In this document: one piece after another, positions 36,201 through 48,480 of the stretch
Layout of the letters: every line of letters starts with the position of its first letter
Numbering within the stretch: the stretch's first letter is position 1
The notes under the pieces: model-generated
The model's input: the letters and a program-made list of their open reading frames with translations, nothing else
The model's database searches: none
What the model was told of the DNA's origin: nothing
Origin: Cyanidioschyzon merolae
Taxonomy: Eukaryota
Direction: 5' to 3' (one strand)
DNA length: 64,000 nucleotides
NCBI GenBank assembly: GCA_000091205.1
Contig: AP006493.2
Program-made: the position numbers and the translations under genes

Positions 36201-37029
36201 TCGCTTGTCTCTTCTCTACGAACGCTCGTCTGATCTTCGTTGAGTACCCATGTACATGTCTACAATTTCTCCCGAATACAGTCTCATCAACTGAGACGAA
36301 AACTCGTGCCGCTCGTGATAAGCGTTGACGCGTCAATATGAAATCAATATTAATTGTCGTTCAAAGCGCGACGCTCTGTTATTATAGAAACGTTCCACTC
36401 TCCGGATTTATTCGTAGTATGCCCTAGGGCACGTGCGGACCGCAGGGGATGTATGGGGAGACACTCGTGTACATACATAAAAGTCGAGGAGCTCTTTCCC
36501 GGCGCAAGTCTTTTCGTATAAACACTCGAAGAAAGGTGTCTCATGCATCCTGTTACCCTAGATTGACCTATTTTGGACGATGAAGATCGTTTTGTCACCG
36601 GCTATCCGCAACTGCATACGCTCTCTCCGCACTATTTCCATTCGCAATAGAATATCTTCCTTTCGAGGAATCCCTGCAAGAAAATCGTACAAAAAACAAA
36701 ATAGGATGCGCCTGTCCAGGTACACCACATTTCGCTATACAGAGCAGAACGCTAACCTTCGGTAACCGTTTCCTGAAACACGAAAAGGCATCAAGAATGA
36801 TAGCCGTGTTAGCACCTTGTCCCCGCTACTGCCTCACCCGAGGATCGTCAGTTCGGGGGCTGTGGATGATGGCGCGCGCCCCCGATGACAGGCCATGCCT
36901 GATCGCGGGCTCGGGCGGCCTGAACGCCCGTATGTCACGTGACTTAAATTTGATTTTTCCTCCTACAAGTAGTTACGCTCCTTCATCATACCTATACTTG
37001 GCTGTCTCCCACGGCGTGGAAACTGAAGC

Positions 37030-38214
37030 ATGGATAGACTTGATGAGCTGCGCAAGGGGCAGTCCAGTCCTGACAATGGTTCCGGGGTCCAAGAAAGCGC
37101 TGGTGACATGCGAAGCGACCTGGAGGCAGGGCCTAGCACGTCCGGTGCGACTCGCACCGCCGTGCGCACTGGAACAGGCCGCTCGCTAGGGGAGCCTGGA
37201 GCTGTTGGCGACGCAAGCAAGAGCGACACCGTGTTCGATCGTATGGAGAACGGTCTTGCCAGACTCCAGCATCGCTTTTTGCGCGGCATCCCGGGTTCGA
37301 GTCGCAGAGGCGCGCAGCGCACTGGCGATGCCTCTGGTGCTGCTGAGAGCTCCGAGGCAGGCGAGGCTAGCGAAAGCAGCACGCAGCTGAGCACCTTTTA
37401 CGAAAAAGTGGATATGGTGAAAGCTCAAATCGCTGACTTGGTTGCGGAAACAGAACAGATACGTGCTGCACACAGGGCGCGGCTTGAGGATCCTACTCGG
37501 ATGCAGCCACCCCCGGATATGCGTCGAGCGCGAATGCTTGCCATCGATATTAAGCGCCAGCTTGACGAGATGAAGCTCGAAGAGCAAAAAAAAGCATCGC
37601 AAACTCGAGGACAGGCTTCGAGCTCGGCTCAAGCTCGGATAATCGGTGGAACACATGCCGCGCTCTCGCGCCGTTTTCTCAGTGCCTTGAAGGACTTCCA
37701 GCAGCTCCAAGGTGAATGCGATAGCGAGCTCCGGGAGCAGGCCGAACGCGAGCTCCGGATCATGAATCCCGATATCACACACGAACAGGCGACTGCAATT
37801 CTTGAAGCTGCCGGCTCGTCTGGTAATGCGGGCGAACTCATGCGCCAGCAGATGTTACAGGCCACCGACCGCGACTATGAGCAGATTCGTATTGTAGCAC
37901 GAGATATGGAAGAGCGCGCAGCAGCGCTGCGTGAGCTCGAGTCTGGCATGGAGGAGTTGCGGAACATTTTCCTCGACATGAGCGTCTTGGTCGAATCGCA
38001 GGGCGAAACTCTAGATGAGATCGAGAAGAACATCGCCGCCGCCAAAGTTTCGACTAAACGAGGTACACGCAAGCTGCAGACGGCTCGGAAACGGCAGCGG
38101 ACTTATTATCGTCTAATGTTTTGTGGGTTTTATTGCTTGATTATTTTACTCGTGGTGATTCTCGTTCCCGTTCTGGTTACGACGTTGCGAACGTCTACCA
38201 GTACAGGTGGCTAG
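37030..38214 (+). CDS. Syntaxin (Qa-SNARE) with a C-terminal transmembrane anchor
   Basis: The SNARE motif reads '...ELRNIFLDMSVLVESQGETLDEIEKNIAAAKVSTKRGTRKLQTARKRQ'. It is followed by the hydrophobic tail 'MFCGFYCLIILLVVILVPVLV'. Confidence 0.8.
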   Translation: MDRLDELRKGQSSPDNGSGVQESAGDMRSDLEAGPSTSGATRTAVRTGTGRSLGEPGAVGDASKSDTVFDRMENGLARLQHRFLRGIPGSSRRGAQRTGDASGAAESSEAGEASESSTQLSTFYEKVDMVKAQIADLVAETEQIRAAHRARLEDPTRMQPPPDMRRARMLAIDIKRQLDEMKLEEQKKASQTRGQASSSAQARIIGGTHAALSRRFLSALKDFQQLQGECDSELREQAERELRIMNPDITHEQATAILEAAGSSGNAGELMRQQMLQATDRDYEQIRIVARDMEERAAALRELESGMEELRNIFLDMSVLVESQGETLDEIEKNIAAAKVSTKRGTRKLQTARKRQRTYYRLMFCGFYCLIILLVVILVPVLVTTLRTSTSTGG

Positions 38215-38398
38215 GATCCGGCAAGCGCCCTGATCAGAGATGACGGCACCGCCTGGGTCGTGCCAGATCTATCCCGTACGAGATGACATCGATCAGAGCG
38301 CCCATTCTACTGGCCTATACAGCGGCCACTTGTCGAGGTGACGGTGCACGGGCGCGCGCTGAGGTCTCTCCATCCACGACGGAGCCGCAACCGCGACA

Positions 38399-39007
38399 CT
38401 ATCGCTTGTCTCGGGACGCCGAGGCCCGTCGTTTCACGGCGTGATCGAATGAGTGGGCAGCGTTCCGCTTTTCCCAGAGCAACGATACCCCACGGGTTGT
38501 CAGCACAAGACTCGTACCGAGCGCGAGCACTCCGGTCAGCGTGGCAGCATGCGCACCGCGACGCATTCGTCGCCACTCGAGTCCTGCACGCCAGCGTATC
38601 CAGCGCCATGGATCAGCGCGAGAGTCTGCAGCTTCACTCCGGGGCGCCGTAAACGCAGCAAAGCCTGCAGCGTCGCGGACCGCTGACGCGCGACGAAAGG
38701 CCCGCCAATAGGCCTCTGTGGCGGCATCCGCATAGCTGCTGTTCGGTGAGCAGGTAAACCGCGAACCAAACCTACTTGATGCTGCCTCGTGCGGTTCCCG
38801 TGTACTCGAATGCTTGCGCAACTCTTCACAGCGCTTGTACGCTTCAGTCACCTTCTTGAACTCTCGCTCCGCCAGCGCTTGCGTTTCCGGTGGGTGCTTG
38901 TCGGGGTGCCAGCGCAACGCGAGGCGAAGGTATGCGGCGCGTAACTCCGCCTGTTCCGCGTTTCTTGATATGCCAAGCAGCTTGTAGGGATCCTGCCCCT
39001 CAAGCAT
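38399..39007 (-). CDS. J-domain (DnaJ/Hsp40) protein
   Basis: The N-terminus reads 'DPYKLLGISRNAEQAELRAAYLRLALRWHPDKHP...EFKKVTEAYK', containing the HPD motif. A hydrophobic C-terminal segment is present. Confidence 0.75.
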   Translation of the reverse strand: MLEGQDPYKLLGISRNAEQAELRAAYLRLALRWHPDKHPPETQALAEREFKKVTEAYKRCEELRKHSSTREPHEAASSRFGSRFTCSPNSSYADAATEAYWRAFRRASAVRDAAGFAAFTAPRSEAADSRADPWRWIRWRAGLEWRRMRRGAHAATLTGVLALGTSLVLTTRGVSLLWEKRNAAHSFDHAVKRRASASRDKR

Positions 39008-39129
39008 GCCTTCCCTGCGGACTGCGTCCGCGTAACCACAGACTGTAAAGGGTTATGAAATAGTGCGCTTTAGTGTGAACAGCTGACTTGAGGGATCAAG
39101 GTGATTGGTGCGGCGCGCGCAAAAACGTC

Positions 39130-39760
39130 GTCTGATTGGTTTGTTTGCGGCCTGTCACCTCAGTTGTGTTCCACCGCAGGAGCGTGTCATCAAAAGCTTG
39201 TTCGCGATTTATTAGAGATGCGTTCGAAGTGCGTTCATTTGAAGAAATGAATAATCCAAGGGATAGGCATGGGTATGCAAGTGGGGATCCTGGAAGTCTG
39301 GTGTCGCCAGTTGCCGGGAAAAACGAAAAAATCCTCTTCTTGCTGAGTATCAAGCGGAGAGGAGCATATGACGAAGAAGAGGACGCAGGGAGGCGATTGG
39401 CGACAGAAGGCGTTTGCCCGACGGAATGATGACGAGACTGCAATGAAAGAGAGGGCGCGAGTTCGAGGAAGCCGTGCAGTGGTGCGTTCAACCAAGGCAA
39501 AGCATGCAAGGAGTTCGTGAACCAAGACTTCAAAGCTGCCTTCATTGTGAGAAATGTGCGATGCTGAAGACGAGACCCGAGGAGCTGACGCGATCGAACT
39601 TTATGGGACAGAATCTCAGGCTCAAAATGTACAAGGAGAACTTGAAGCCGGAGCAGGAACTGCTCAAAAATGGCTGGGGGGCGTCTGTAAATGTGCAAAT
39701 ATATGGACTCTGTGGTTGCGTATCGTTTCATTCCATGGAACGTATTCGCAGATCGTAGCT
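39130..39760 (+). mobile_element. Internally deleted (MITE-like) derivative of the TnpB/Fanzor-like family
   Basis: An NLS-like N-terminal remnant, 'GDPGSLVSPVAGKNEK', is followed by a degenerate RuvC-III segment 'FNQGKACKEFVNQDFKAAFIV' at 39516..39548. The C-terminal tail 'AMLKTRPEELTRSNFMGQNLRLKMYKENLKPEQ' and the terminal motif 'ggggggcgtctgtaaatgtgc' follow. Confidence 0.55.
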
Positions 39761-42700
39761 GCTTCTTTTATTTTGATTGCTTAGGTTTCACGAGTAGCTT
39801 GGGTTTGTGGAACACATGAGTGCCCTTTGCACCCTTATTACTCCAAATGTACAGAGGATCTTCGCATACCTTGGTACACTGCCCTTGGTGTCTCAAGTGC
39901 TCCCTGTAAGATTTACGCAGCTACTGTATTTTGATAGAGTAGGAGTCGAAGTTGGCAGGAATGCACGTTTAGGGTCCACATTCCTCTGTGCACAAGTGCC
40001 CCTACTATCTTCCGTGTCTGTATGTTAAGGTGTCTTTGGTATCAAATGCAAGTGAGAACCGAGGTCACCAAATGTACTACGGCCTGTTGACTGCGCTGTC
40101 GCAAAGGAGCCGATGGATGCTCGCTGGACTCGCCGAACGCAGATAACAAGACACTGTACGTGAGCGGGTAATTGGCACTGGCGGCTTCATGGTCAAGGCG
40201 CGTTTGCTATAGGCAGACGTGGTGTGGTTGCGAAAAGGGGGTCCAGCGTCACCACCAGCACAAGCACCAGCATATCGATAGAAAGAATGTGGGCCACATG
40301 GAGCAGCTTCACTCCGAATGTCACGTTTGTGCCCATGTGTGCTGCATTCTGCCTGTGATGGAGTTCCAATTTGCATCGCTGTACGATGAAAAACATGTCC
40401 TGTGCCTTGATGGAGCTGTCGGCGAACGAGTCCACATGATGCGTCGTCCCGCGAATAAAGGCAATCATGACCAAGCGAAACATTTAAACTTGGTACTTGA
40501 TGCCAGCAGTTCTGCAAGCTGCGCAGAGAAATCGCTTCGAGCGTGGAGTGCAAGTTTTCAGCATCGGTGAGCAAGAAATGCGCTTGCATACTGCTTGTCG
40601 TCATCGCTTCTCGCTGGCGGCAGAACGAGTCTCCTGCATGTCAACCGCGGAGCTTTCAAAGAGAGCGAACATTCCCATGTACAGATTATTTTGAACCGGT
40701 GTCATTGACGTGTAAAATAGTCTCACGATCATTAAATTCAGATCATTTAAAGATAGCGTCCAATCTAGCGACGGGATGAAGCGCATTCCAACCGGTGCAT
40801 CGGGTTTTTGGGGTAGCGTATTCCACTGTACCAGCGGTCCCGTATAGTTAGAAGAGAACCACAAAGACGGCCGGCAGCCTTGTTCACCTGTCGGAGACTG
40901 CGCTGTACGGCACCATGCGGACCTCATGTTTCCCGCTGCTGTCACGTGTCGCGTAATATATAAATATCATGAACAATATCGAGCACCGAAACACCATCAT
41001 CGTCTCCCAATTTTCCTGAACAACTGTTTCCAATGTATAATCAGGCGCTTCCGCTCTTATCGAATACGGTTCATGCTAATCCCGTGCAGTGCTGACAGCG
41101 AGAATACAATTCTCTTAATCGTCGATCAATTTTCTTCCTTGGAATTCTTCAGTGTTTCGGCGCAATGCCAACGCTGACTCATAAAGGATTCCCTGGAAAG
41201 TTCGCTCGAAACAAAGCGGCTGTATGCTACGGGAATGCGAGACTTTTCTGGATGCGTATCAAAAAATTAAAGACTCGGTTCAGAAATCGGTTGCATGCAT
41301 GGAAGCCAGAGGAATCGCACTGTCGGAAGAACCTCACCATCGACTGCGGCACCATCCGACGTTCGGTGAGTTTATCGTGCATTATATCGCGCGTCCGGCT
41401 CTGTCTAACTCTCTTCTACTTGGCCTGTTCAGTCATGCGCCCGAGCTCATCACGCGGTGATGACGTCCTGAGCTCATCGGTTGTGGTCAACGAGAGCCGA
41501 TTCATGCTCTCGAGAAAAGCCCTCGTCGACAGAACAGCAGTGCAGCCCTTGCGCCCACCAGCACGTCCATTCCCATCTGCTACCAGCACCACAAGACGCT
41601 ACGTATCGACCGTCTCTCGTTCTGACTCATGGAACAAGTAGACGAATGAGTCCCTTTGGCATCCTTACAACCCAAGCCGTTGGCAATTCTGGCATGGTTT
41701 CAGGTACTCCTGGGAGGCATCATTCGCTCGAGCCTTTCGACGAGTCATATACGATTTGAATGAAGCATACCAAGCGTCGAAATTTGTTCGATTTGGTGCT
41801 CAGGCATCGAGATGTGTACGAACGCCGTAATTTCACATTTGGGGGGTCTCTCCTGTTGCCCATCATGTCTGGCTCAAGACGGTACCGCCCCGTGCACGAG
41901 GTCAGCAGCTTTATTTGCTTTCCGTTTGAGTCTTTCGCACCAGCCTCTGGATCTAGAGTTGCTTGGGCTGCGGCGGTGGCTTTCAGCAAGCGATCAGCGC
42001 TCACCTGGAAGTCTTTCTCTGCGCCTACCCTGAACAACTGGATATTGGTCTTTTTCCTCGACACAGGCCTAGCGTTCACAAAGTGAACAATGTTTCATAT
42101 GTTGTGCGTCTCTATCGTCCGTGTGGGCTTCTATGCATTTTGCTCCTCGTCGACGAGGAATCATGAACATGTGCCGCTAATGCTCTTCTTGAAATTCTGT
42201 GAATGCGACAAATTTCTCTTAGGGATCACTTGAAGCGCATTGAGGAGGCCAAAGAATACTGTGCAGAAAAATTTTCTCTTGGATAACATATGCCTTGATC
42301 TTACAACTGGAGACCATATTCAATAAGCGCTTGAGGGACTTCGGGCACTCAGATTCGGATAAGGCGTCGGTTTTGCTTTTCTTCTGAACGGCGCTCTGGG
42401 AAAAAGCGAAATGGCGCAGCATGCAATCTGGGTAGGGATCATGGTTCATATAACTTTTGCGTTAAACGTCCGTCGGTCTGAGGCCGAGGGCAGTGCAATG
42501 CGCTTAGACGATCTGAAGCGTCTAGCGCTCTCATTTTGGCACCTCTTTCGAACTCGACGCAATCTCGAGATCTTCCAAAAGGAGTACGTCATTTGTCTCC
42601 GTCGGCACACCCCAGAATTCATTCCATCAGGATGCACCTCCTCGGCATATGAGGTGAGGCTACGAGGGATGCAACGTCCACAGCGTTCGCTTCATGAAGA

Positions 42701-45419
42701 GCTCGACATTGAACCGTTATAATTATGGTGTTCTAGGGTCGTTTGATACATTTTGGCAAGCGCGTTGCAGATCTTGCTATATCCGACGTACGATGGAGAC
42801 GTGCCCAAGTATTCTGGGAAGCAAGTGTCCGCAAGTCGAGGATCCTACGATCAGGCCGTGTTCCATCCAGGATCCCGTGTACAAGTTGTGGTATCGCACG
42901 AAGGTTTCATTGAAGAATTCTCGACAGATGAGGAGAGCTAGCCTTGGTGCGTCAGGAACTCGTATGAATAATTGCTTGAAGGGATACGTTCAGGCAAAGG
43001 AGCATAAGCGGGTCTTCTTCTCGTGAAATGCGAATCATCCCCTATTGCGTTCTGGATCTAATATTTTGCAGGATTCTCCCCCACAATGTGCTCGAGCAGA
43101 TAGGCCTTGGCAGAGTCTCAGACTGATCTTTCCACTCCGATACGTTTTCCCACACCCGTGCTCGTCACCTGTTTCAAGAAGAGCTTTACCTTCTGCTCCA
43201 CATGGTAAGCAGCACAGAAATATACGTTGTACGCGATATAGGTCCAAATCCTCGGGATTCAGACACACTGGGTGGAAAATGAATCTGAAGCTCGCCGTTT
43301 CTATACATGTACGAATCGATTCTTTCTAGAGGACCTTCTGGTCTACTTATCCATCCCGAGCATGCTCATGGACAGAAACGAGATTGCCCGCTCGCCCTCT
43401 CACGCACGAGCGGAGAAGCAACCGAGCGGCTCAGGTATTATGAAGGGAAGGAGCGATTTTTGGAAGAAGATTTTGTGAAGGAACGGTGCCACGGGTGCAA
43501 AGGACAGGTTTACTGATCCGCGAAGATGAACATTTCGCGTTTGACAACCGAGAAGACGACCTCAACTCGATCAAATCGGGGAGCAGAGACTGGTACGAAG
43601 AGCCGCTCAATGCCGAGGTGAATCTGTGCGCCCATTCTCAGCTCCCGATTCAAGGCAAGCAATCTTGTGTAAGGTCAGGACAGAGGGATTCAGAAAGGAG
43701 AGGACACTTCGGGTGTTCGATGAAGGACGAGGTGAAGAACGATACCGTATGTTTGATCGTTTCTAGGTGACTACACAACTGAATCGCCTGTAGCGGTAAC
43801 GTTTTCTTGGAATGCACGCGTGTCATTTCTTTACAAACATATATATGGCCCCCTTGGGTTCTCAAATAGACGTCTACGATTCCTCCCAAGTCGAGCCGAA
43901 CTGAGTGCGATGAGCATCCGTCCCTCTTGCACTATACAATTAGGTTTGAGCACAAATTATACAACGTACTGCTGAGTGCGTGACGGTCTGGGATACAAAG
44001 TGCACTTTTTCGTCGCTCCATCCGTGTCTTTCCGTCACCAGCCATATTACAGGTACAGAGACGTCGTATCCTGCGGCATCTTTCGCATCATTTCTGAGAA
44101 AACGTATGGAGTCGAATGGATTGGCGCGGATACTCTCGTGTTGATAGAGTTTCATAATTTCTGTGGTGGGTTAACTTCGTTTGCGATAAGGACATCGATA
44201 AGGATGGTTCAAATATCTGCTGACCCGAGAGTGACAGACATCTGAAAGTGAGGCGGTTTTTGGGGGGGCCAGCAGTTAGAGCATAAAGCCTTTCTGCGGC
44301 TTTGCTCAAATCTCCAAGATACACTCCATCTCTTGAATACCTAGAACCAAGATGATCAAAAAAGCCGCAATGGTACACGTGTTGCAGAATTCATTGGACT
44401 GAGTTTAACGGAAACCTCTAATTTACAGCCGTGTCGAGATGAGAGCTGGAACAGAGCCGTGTCTCAGACAATTCGGCATCCATCGGATGCAAAGAAACAA
44501 ATGATTGCGTTGCGGGCGCTCCCGACACATCTCTGTTAGATCGATACAAAGCTACTCCAAGCGCAAACGTTGTAAAGTGAACAGTGGATCATTAGAGGCG
44601 GACACATCCTAAGAAAGTCTGTTTCTCAGAGCATTCTCGCTGGATCGAACAGACAATTACATGATTGTACATAGCCCTCTCGGACGCATTGCCATGACCG
44701 GGAGTGCGTCTGCGGCTCTTCCAGAGTACCCGAAGAAGGTGCGCTTTTACTGTAAACGGGGTAGCTTGAGGAGAACGTGCACTGGGCCCAGACTAGCTCT
44801 TCACTTTCGCACTATTGACGGGACAATGTTTCTCTGGCCAACTGGTACCATTCTCTTCTTTTCCATCCACATTCTCTGACAGTGAGCATACGGAATATAG
44901 GTCTCAACCAGTGATCGAGTACGGTTGCTCGTCCCTCTCGCCACTGGTGGGCTCAAGCGGCATTAAACTAGAAGACATGCACCATGAACACTGCAAGTGC
45001 GACCACTATCCAGCTAAACGAATCCAGGGTAGTTTACCAGCAGCGGGGTTCTCGTCGAGGCAGCTTCATGCATCAATGCGGAACCGCGTTTCCGCAACGT
45101 TCGGCGTTGGTGTGCGAAACGACAACACGATTCTCTCCCAAACCTCCGTCAACGTATCGTTGCCATATCGCGGCTCCCTGAGCTTCCGTCTGTGCCTGTG
45201 CGGGCCGGGTGCAAACGGCAAAAGTCTCTGGATGAGCAAGCAGCAGCGCATGGCTCAGGGGTCTTCTTGCCTGAATGGCGCGTTGAGCAGGCAAGTCCCG
45301 TTCGGCAACCGGAGCTGCGGATCACTTTCGCGCTGTGTTTGTGTCTCCGAGTTATCCCAGTAGGAACGAAATCGTTCTGCCCACGCCTCTGCAGTGACAC
45401 GCGAAATCAAGAAAAGGGA

Positions 45420-46403
45420 CTAGGCTGTCGATATTCGTTCCCACAAATACACGAAACCCTTCTCATCGCGAGTAACTCGGTAGACGTCGTCCAGAAAAGT
45501 AACATCTAAATATCCGGTGGGATCGAAGAGCTCTTTCAGCACCTGCTGGCGCTGCTCATTCATTATGGACACGAAATTTGCTGGCTGCAACGAAGACGAG
45601 ATGCCCTGGATCCAAACCCGCGCCGAGTTCGACACGTCTGCCCCGTAGAAAGCCTGTACGGTGTAGACACCGTCAATACCCCCGAATACCCGAAATTCTA
45701 CACGGTTCTCTGCTCTACCAGTTTCACTTACGTGCGCTCCATGGAACTGCGCAGGTACTTTTTCCGGAGCGTGTATTTGCTGCGTCACCTCTCCGAGGTG
45801 CACCAGGCCTGGCTTCGCGCTCGACGTTAGGTACAGAAGCGCCCTTCTCCGACCCAGAATCATTCGGTCAGTATACACAAGGCGCCATGTGCCCAAGAGC
45901 TTCGACTCCAATTCGCACAGCGGGGCCTTGGTGGGATTCTTCTTCTCGAGCCGGGCCAGCTGCGATGCGATGGCGTCGCGTTCGAACTCGTTAAGCGCAA
46001 AAATGCCTCTGTCTGGACCAGCGATCTTCACAATCTCGGAAACAAACAATGCAGAAGCAGACTGTGGTTGCTCCAAGTCAGAAGTGTCTCCATTATTGGG
46101 CTTTCTCGGGCCAGAGCGCTGCGCTTTCACGTCCGCATCGAGCACGCTGTGCAGAGTCCTACGCGCGAGGCGTCCCGGACTCCGCTTACCGTACAAAGCA
46201 GGTAACGCCAATCTATTCTGGGTACTATGCAGTTCCTTTCGGTCACAACCAGTGTGCAGTAGTGGCTCCAACGTGAAGGAACTGAGGAAAGCGGCCTTCA
46301 TCCTGTTTGGTGCCTCCAAACGCCAGGGTGAACAAAAAATTTTAGTCAAAGCGTTGAACGATTGCACCTGTTCATGGCGGGCCCGGCGTGCGGATTGCCT
46401 CAC
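45420..46403 (-). CDS. Plastid-lipid-associated protein (fibrillin/PAP family)
   Basis: The fibrillin signature region 'LLGTWRLVYTD' and a 'FERDAIASQLARLE' segment are present. It is a 327-aa single ORF whose N-terminus is consistent with a targeting peptide. Confidence 0.65.
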   Translation of the reverse strand: MRQSARRARHEQVQSFNALTKIFCSPWRLEAPNRMKAAFLSSFTLEPLLHTGCDRKELHSTQNRLALPALYGKRSPGRLARRTLHSVLDADVKAQRSGPRKPNNGDTSDLEQPQSASALFVSEIVKIAGPDRGIFALNEFERDAIASQLARLEKKNPTKAPLCELESKLLGTWRLVYTDRMILGRRRALLYLTSSAKPGLVHLGEVTQQIHAPEKVPAQFHGAHVSETGRAENRVEFRVFGGIDGVYTVQAFYGADVSNSARVWIQGISSSLQPANFVSIMNEQRQQVLKELFDPTGYLDVTFLDDVYRVTRDEKGFVYLWERISTA

Positions 46404-46409
46404 GGGGCG

Positions 46410-46980
46410 ATCGATTTTTTTTTCAGATTTTCTTTTCAGATGACAAACCGTTTAGATTGACCAAGGATCCCAGAATTCGGAATGGATATTCGCCTTCGGG
46501 AAAGCGTCTACTATGAAGCACCTACCTTCATGTGTCATTACTTATACTTCCTCTCGGATATGCTGGTCGTTTCGTATATTCTATCGTGTACCAAGTGCCT
46601 GCCGTGAAGACACGCCGTAACGCGCTTATACCACTGAAGCAGATCCTGCACGGAGACAGAACGGCTTTGGCATACCACTGAGGGCGTCGGCTCGAGGCGT
46701 GATTCATCCGATACGGGGTCGGAGCACATAATCATTCTGGGAGCCTGCGACAGCGCGAAGCGATATACTAGGAGTCCACTGCGACCAGGGCGACGCTCAG
46801 ACGCAGCGTACGCACTCCTCGTTCCAGAATGAATTGCGTTGCGAACGAGTTGCACAGGTCTCGCCACAGCACCTGCCACTGGAGGAAGCATGAAGCACTA
46901 GCTAGCCCCAGACACTCGTCCGGCTCGCGGGACCTTCCGCCTCGAAAGTAAACTTTCGAACATACGGAAACTTTCCCCAT
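46410..46980 (-). repeat. Dispersed repeat 'X' of about 0.6 kb, in minus orientation. Other copies are at 57470..58060 and partly at 63260..63670.
   Basis: It is about 80% identical over roughly 570 nt to 57.47-58.06 kb. It starts at 'ttcgaggcggaaggtcccgcga' and ends in an A-rich stretch. The paired pseudo-ORFs 46538..46891(-) and 57713..57931(+) share '...PTPSVVCQSRSVSVQDLLQWYKR'. Confidence 0.8.
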
Positions 46981-47144
46981 TTCAACGCTTACTATCAAGG
47001 TCATGCGAAACTGTTATCGAGTTGCTAGTTAGCCGTTAGTTTCTGCTCTTTCAGCAATCTGTCGGGACTCACTATGATTCTGGGAGCCTACATGGCGATT
47101 TATGCGTTGCGATACGCTACTGAAACTGTAACAATGCAATTACG

Positions 47145-47800
47145 CTTCATCCACACTGCCGTGTACAGCAGAAGATCGAAACTAAGGTGCAATGTAGTCT
47201 ACGTATCGAAGATAAATTTCGTGTAGGATATATGCTGTACTGAAAAGTGGAACGAGGACGACATTCCTTCTTCAGGTCACTCAGAACACAGTACTCAGAT
47301 TGTTGAGTGATACTAAGAAAAACAAGTGGATGTTCTCCGTATCGAAAACCGAGATTCTTAAAGCGCGTTTGCGGGCAACAGTACAGAACGACTCATTGAT
47401 CACATTACGGCAAGCTAAAGCGACGATCGCAGCAATCGCGGGCGTCCCTGTCTCTCAAAAGCTTGTTCGTGTGGTCCTGGAAACACCAGGATCCAGTCCC
47501 GAAAAAGAGTACTAGTTCACGCACGGCCAGCTTCCATCGAAATTGCAACGACAGCGTTCCTAGAACGCTCCTATCGGTATGTAGCACAGGGACGTCGGTC
47601 TGTTTTTTTAGTTCATGAGACTTGCCTCTGGCGAGACAGTCCTATCGAAAAGGGGAATTCGCAGAGCAGGGATCCCGTTATGCTTACGATCGAGCTCTAG
47701 GAGAACGAGGATACCGTCTGTGTTAGCCGTAGTGGACTGATTTCACAGCCGCAGTTTCTATCGTAGAGAAGGCTCATACAACAGAAGTATCCACTTCATC
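47145..47800 (+). mobile_element. Decayed HTH module (Tc1/mariner-like transposase remnant). This is the second copy of the module at 10745..11580.
   Basis: The peptide 'KATIAAIAGVPVSQKLVRVVLETPG' and 5' nucleotide similarity match the 10.7-11.6 kb copy. It lies between repeat X (46.4-47.0 kb) and the Fanzor-like mini-element (48.1 kb). Confidence 0.45.
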
Positions 47801-48134
47801 GGATCATTCCAGTCTTTTTCCTAACTTCTTGCAACTTGGAGCTAGTGGACAACGCAGTATTTCATCTTTCCCCTTGTGTTCTAGCTTTTGCCAATGGTAT
47901 GGTGGAGTAGTGCTGCTTTTCATTTCGCGATACTGTCTCTGATTCATCCCCACCGAAGGACTGGTTTCTTCGATGAAAGGTAATGACGTCTCCAGTGTGT
48001 GAATCACAGAAGAATTCAGCACGCGGTGACACATCGGTGCACATTGCGTCTTCTTGCGTATGTCCATCTGCCTCAGGGGAGGTCCCTACCTAGGGGCATA
48101 AAGAAGTGCGTTCATGTTCAAAAAAATGAAAATT

Positions 48135-48480
48135 CCAAAGGCAAGTTATGAACATGAAAGTCGAGGATCCTGGAGGACCGGTGTCGCCGGGTTCGAAGAA
48201 AACGAAAAACTACTCTTCACGCCGACCATCGAGCGAAGGGAGGCAAGTAGCACAGACGAGAGAAGATAGACGGGAAAACATATTTACCCTACTGGGCGGT
48301 GACAAGACTTTAGTGGCACAGAGTGCACGAGTTCTTGCAATCTTCGCGGTGGTTTATTCAACCAAGGCAATGCGCACAAAGAGTGCGTGGACCGAGACTT
48401 CAACGCTGCCATCTATATCAGACGATATGCAGTGCTGAGGACGACATGCGCGGAGCTTATTGGATCCAGCCCCAGCTGAG
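48135..48480 (+). mobile_element. Internally deleted (MITE-like) derivative of the TnpB/Fanzor-like family that retains an intact RuvC-III motif
   Basis: An NLS-like region, 'KVEDPGGPVSPGSKKTKNYSSRR', is followed after a frameshift by 'FNQGNAHKECVDRDFNAAIYIRRYAVL' at 48391..48420. Confidence 0.6.
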
